Of a stretch of 45,555 nucleotides of DNA, positions 43,676-45,555 are shown piece by piece. The notes beneath the pieces were generated by a model that saw only the letters and a list, made by a program, of their open reading frames with translations, did not search any database and was not told where the DNA came from. Position 1 is the stretch's first letter, and each line of letters opens with the position of its first letter. Origin of the DNA: Oscillospiraceae bacterium (GTDB lineage: Bacteria; Bacillota; Clostridia; Oscillospirales; Oscillospiraceae); the NCBI GenBank assembly GCA_045544935.1, contig JAZPZZ010000209.1, positions 1 through 45,555 on the forward strand, written 5' to 3'. Made by a program: the position numbers and the translations under genes.

Positions 43676-44863
43676 TTACGCTCCCTTGTCGGTTTTGAGC
43701 GCGCCCTCGGCGCGGTAGAGGAAGGTGACGATCTGCGCGCGGGTGCAGGCGTTGTCCGGCTGAAAGCGCGTCGCGCTCACGCCCTTCGTCACGCCCAGCC
43801 CGGCGGCCCAGGCCACGGCGCCGGCGTCATAGCGCTGCGCCGGCACGTCCGTGAAGGGGCTGTCCTGTTCGCTCGCCGTCTCTCCGGCAAGGCGCCACAG
43901 CAGCGTCACGGCCTGACCGCGTGTGATTGCGGCGTTCGGGGCAAAGTGCGTCTTGCTCACGCCCTTCGTCACGCCCGCCTCTGTCGCCCAGTCGACGGCC
44001 TTGGCGTAATAGGCCTTCGCGTCCACGTCCTTAAATTCGCTTGCGGCCTTCGCCTCCGGCTCGCCCATGAGCCGCCAGAGGAACGTGACCATCTGCGCGC
44101 GCGTGCAGCTGCCGCCCGGCGTGAACACGCCCGCCGCGGTGCCGGTGGTGATCTTCCGCTCGGCGGCCCAGCCGGCGCTGTAGGCATACCAGTCGGTCAT
44201 GCCCACGTCGGTAAAATGATCCGCGCCGCAGCTGCCCTCGAGGAAGGTCTCCCAGCCGAGGGCCTCGATCTCCTTCAAGGAGAAGGCGGGCAGGGCGCCC
44301 TTCGCGGTGTATTTCGTCGCGGGCCCGTCGTAGGCGGCGCCGAAGGCGGCCTTCAGTCCGGCGTCGGCCGTGACGAAGGTCTCGGTGATCTTGTCGTTCT
44401 GAATCGTGGTCTCCGCGACGCGCTGCGTCACGAGCGTGCCGTCCGCCATCGTGTAATACCAGCCGGTGTAGTAGCCGAGCGAGCCGTCGTAGGAGAACAC
44501 GCCGTCGTAGCCCCGGCCGGGGGCGTAGTGCAGCGTGCCGCCGCGGATGCCGATGCGGCCGACGTAGTCGACCCTGCCGCCGCGCACGGTGTAAACGTCG
44601 TAGGGCTCCTGCGCCATGGCGCGCATCGGGTCGCGCAGCAGCAGCTCGGGGCGAAAGTCCCCGTCGAGATCATAGAGAGAAAAGCGGATCGGATAGTCCG
44701 CGCTGTCGCTGTAGGCGCGGTCGGTCTTGCGGAAGCCCCCGTCGAGCAAAAAGGCGCGGTAGGCGTCCTGCCAGTCGGTCTTCCCGTCCCAGGCGAAGGC
44801 GCCGGGCAGCAGCGTCAGCGCGAGCGCGAGGACGAGCAGCCATGAGAACAAACGGCGTTTCAT
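43676..44863 (-). CDS. SLH-anchored surface protein with unknown N-terminal domain
   Basis: ATG 44863 eight nt behind AAGGAG. Signal peptide. Three C-terminal SLH repeats ([51 protein letters not shown]). Confidence 0.8.
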   Translation of the reverse strand: MKRRLFSWLLVLALALTLLPGAFAWDGKTDWQDAYRAFLLDGGFRKTDRAYSDSADYPIRFSLYDLDGDFRPELLLRDPMRAMAQEPYDVYTVRGGRVDYVGRIGIRGGTLHYAPGRGYDGVFSYDGSLGYYTGWYYTMADGTLVTQRVAETTIQNDKITETFVTADAGLKAAFGAAYDGPATKYTAKGALPAFSLKEIEALGWETFLEGSCGADHFTDVGMTDWYAYSAGWAAERKITTGTAAGVFTPGGSCTRAQMVTFLWRLMGEPEAKAASEFKDVDAKAYYAKAVDWATEAGVTKGVSKTHFAPNAAITRGQAVTLLWRLAGETASEQDSPFTDVPAQRYDAGAVAWAAGLGVTKGVSATRFQPDNACTRAQIVTFLYRAEGALKTDKGA

Positions 44864-45065
44864 TTGCAGCACTCCTTTCCGTTTGGTTCACATAATATTG
44901 CAAGTCTATTATAGCGTGCTTTTCCGCTCTGCGCAACCGGCTTTTCGTCATTTCCCGACGGTTTTTTGCTTTACAAAAATCGCGGGACATGGTATTCTGC
45001 CATTGGAGATACGCCGCCGCAAGGCGGCATTCCTACCGGAATTTCAAATCAGGAGGTATATACTT

Positions 45066-45369
45066 ATGAAGAAATGGGTTTGCAGCATCTGCGGTTATGT
45101 GTTCGAGGGCGAGGCCGCTCCGGAATTCTGCCCCGTATGTAAGGCCCCTGCCGACAAGTTCGTCGAGCAGAGCGGTGAGATGAGCTGGGCTGCCGAGCAC
45201 GTGGTCGGCGTCGGCAAGAGCTTCGGCGCGGACGTGCCCGAAGAGGTTCAGCAGGAGATTATCGAGGGTCTGCGCTCCAACTTCAACGGCGAGTGCTCCG
45301 AGGTCGGCATGTATCTGGCCATGGGCCGCGTCGCCGCCCGCGAGGGTTATCCCGAGATCGCCCTGTACT
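45066..45369 (+). CDS. Reverse rubrerythrin (N-terminal rubredoxin-like CxxC...CxxC + ferritin-like domain), 3' end truncated by an assembly artefact
   Basis: ATG 45066 behind [55 protein letters not shown]. The apparent stop at 45369-45371 is formed at the junction with adapter sequence. Confidence 0.75.
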
Positions 45370-45453
45370 AAGTCGGATCGTAGCCATGTCGTTCTGTGTG
45401 CCAAGGAGTTGGTGCCCATTGTTGTCTTCCTAAGACCGCTTGGCCTCCGACTT
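45370..45453. other. DNBSEQ/BGISEQ library adapter (non-biological sequence)
   Basis: 45370-45411 matches AAGTCGGATCGTAGCCATGTCGTTCTGTGAGCCAAGGAGTTG with 1 mismatch. 10-nt barcode-like gtgcccattg. 45422-45453 is the exact reverse complement of AAGTCGGAGGCCAAGCGGTCTTAGGAAGACAA. Confidence 0.9.
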
Positions 45454-45555
45454 GTCTGCGCTCCAACTTCAACGGCGAGTGCTCCGAGGTCGGCATGTAT
45501 CTGGCCATGGGCCGCGTCGCCGCCCGCGAGGGTTATCCCGAGATCGCCCTGTACT
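45454..45555 (+). repeat. Exact 102-nt duplicate of 45268-45369 following the adapter (circular-template read-through)
   Basis: gtctgcgctccaacttcaacggc...gagatcgccctgtact is present twice, separated only by adapter sequence. Confidence 0.9.

Noticed and set aside
45369-45371. TAA stop codon ending the rubrerythrin ORF.
   Set aside because: It is formed by the last genomic base plus the first two adapter bases. It is an artefact, not a biological stop.

Overview
GC-rich (by eye roughly 60-65 %, not computed) chromosomal segment of a spore-forming Clostridia-type Firmicute, judged from spoIVB, SLH-anchored surface proteins, a T-box leader and a CIRCE operator. An Oscillospiraceae-like origin is only an inference. 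Housekeeping genes: hypB (partial), spoIVB, tyrS with a Tyr T-box leader, rnz, rny, rpiB, hsp20. They alternate with a dense set of envelope and secreted proteins: three tandem S8 peptidases, three SLH proteins, several lipoproteins, a 1827-aa BspA-type LRR/Ig protein, an L,D-transpeptidase, a GH3 hexosaminidase, a transglutaminase-like lipoprotein and a GT39 glycosyltransferase. No tRNA, rRNA, CRISPR array, transposase or integrase was recognised. Observations most worth follow-up: (1) a translationally coupled operon of an HprK-like P-loop protein, a radical SAM/SPASM enzyme and a single-pass membrane protein, with no visible precursor peptide; (2) a 1144-aa TIR / TM helix / beta-propeller protein behind a consensus promoter, next to a GT39 glycosyltransferase; (3) the S8 triplet, which shares a nearly invariant C-terminal amphipathic tail; (4) a ~165-bp structured direct repeat bracketing rpiB; (5) two inverted repeats built from tandem heptamers; (6) the last ~190 nt, which are a DNBSEQ/BGISEQ adapter read-through artefact that creates a false stop codon in a rubrerythrin gene. 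The many long ORFs antisense to real genes are GC-driven artefacts. All calls rest on motif recognition by eye; no database search was run.
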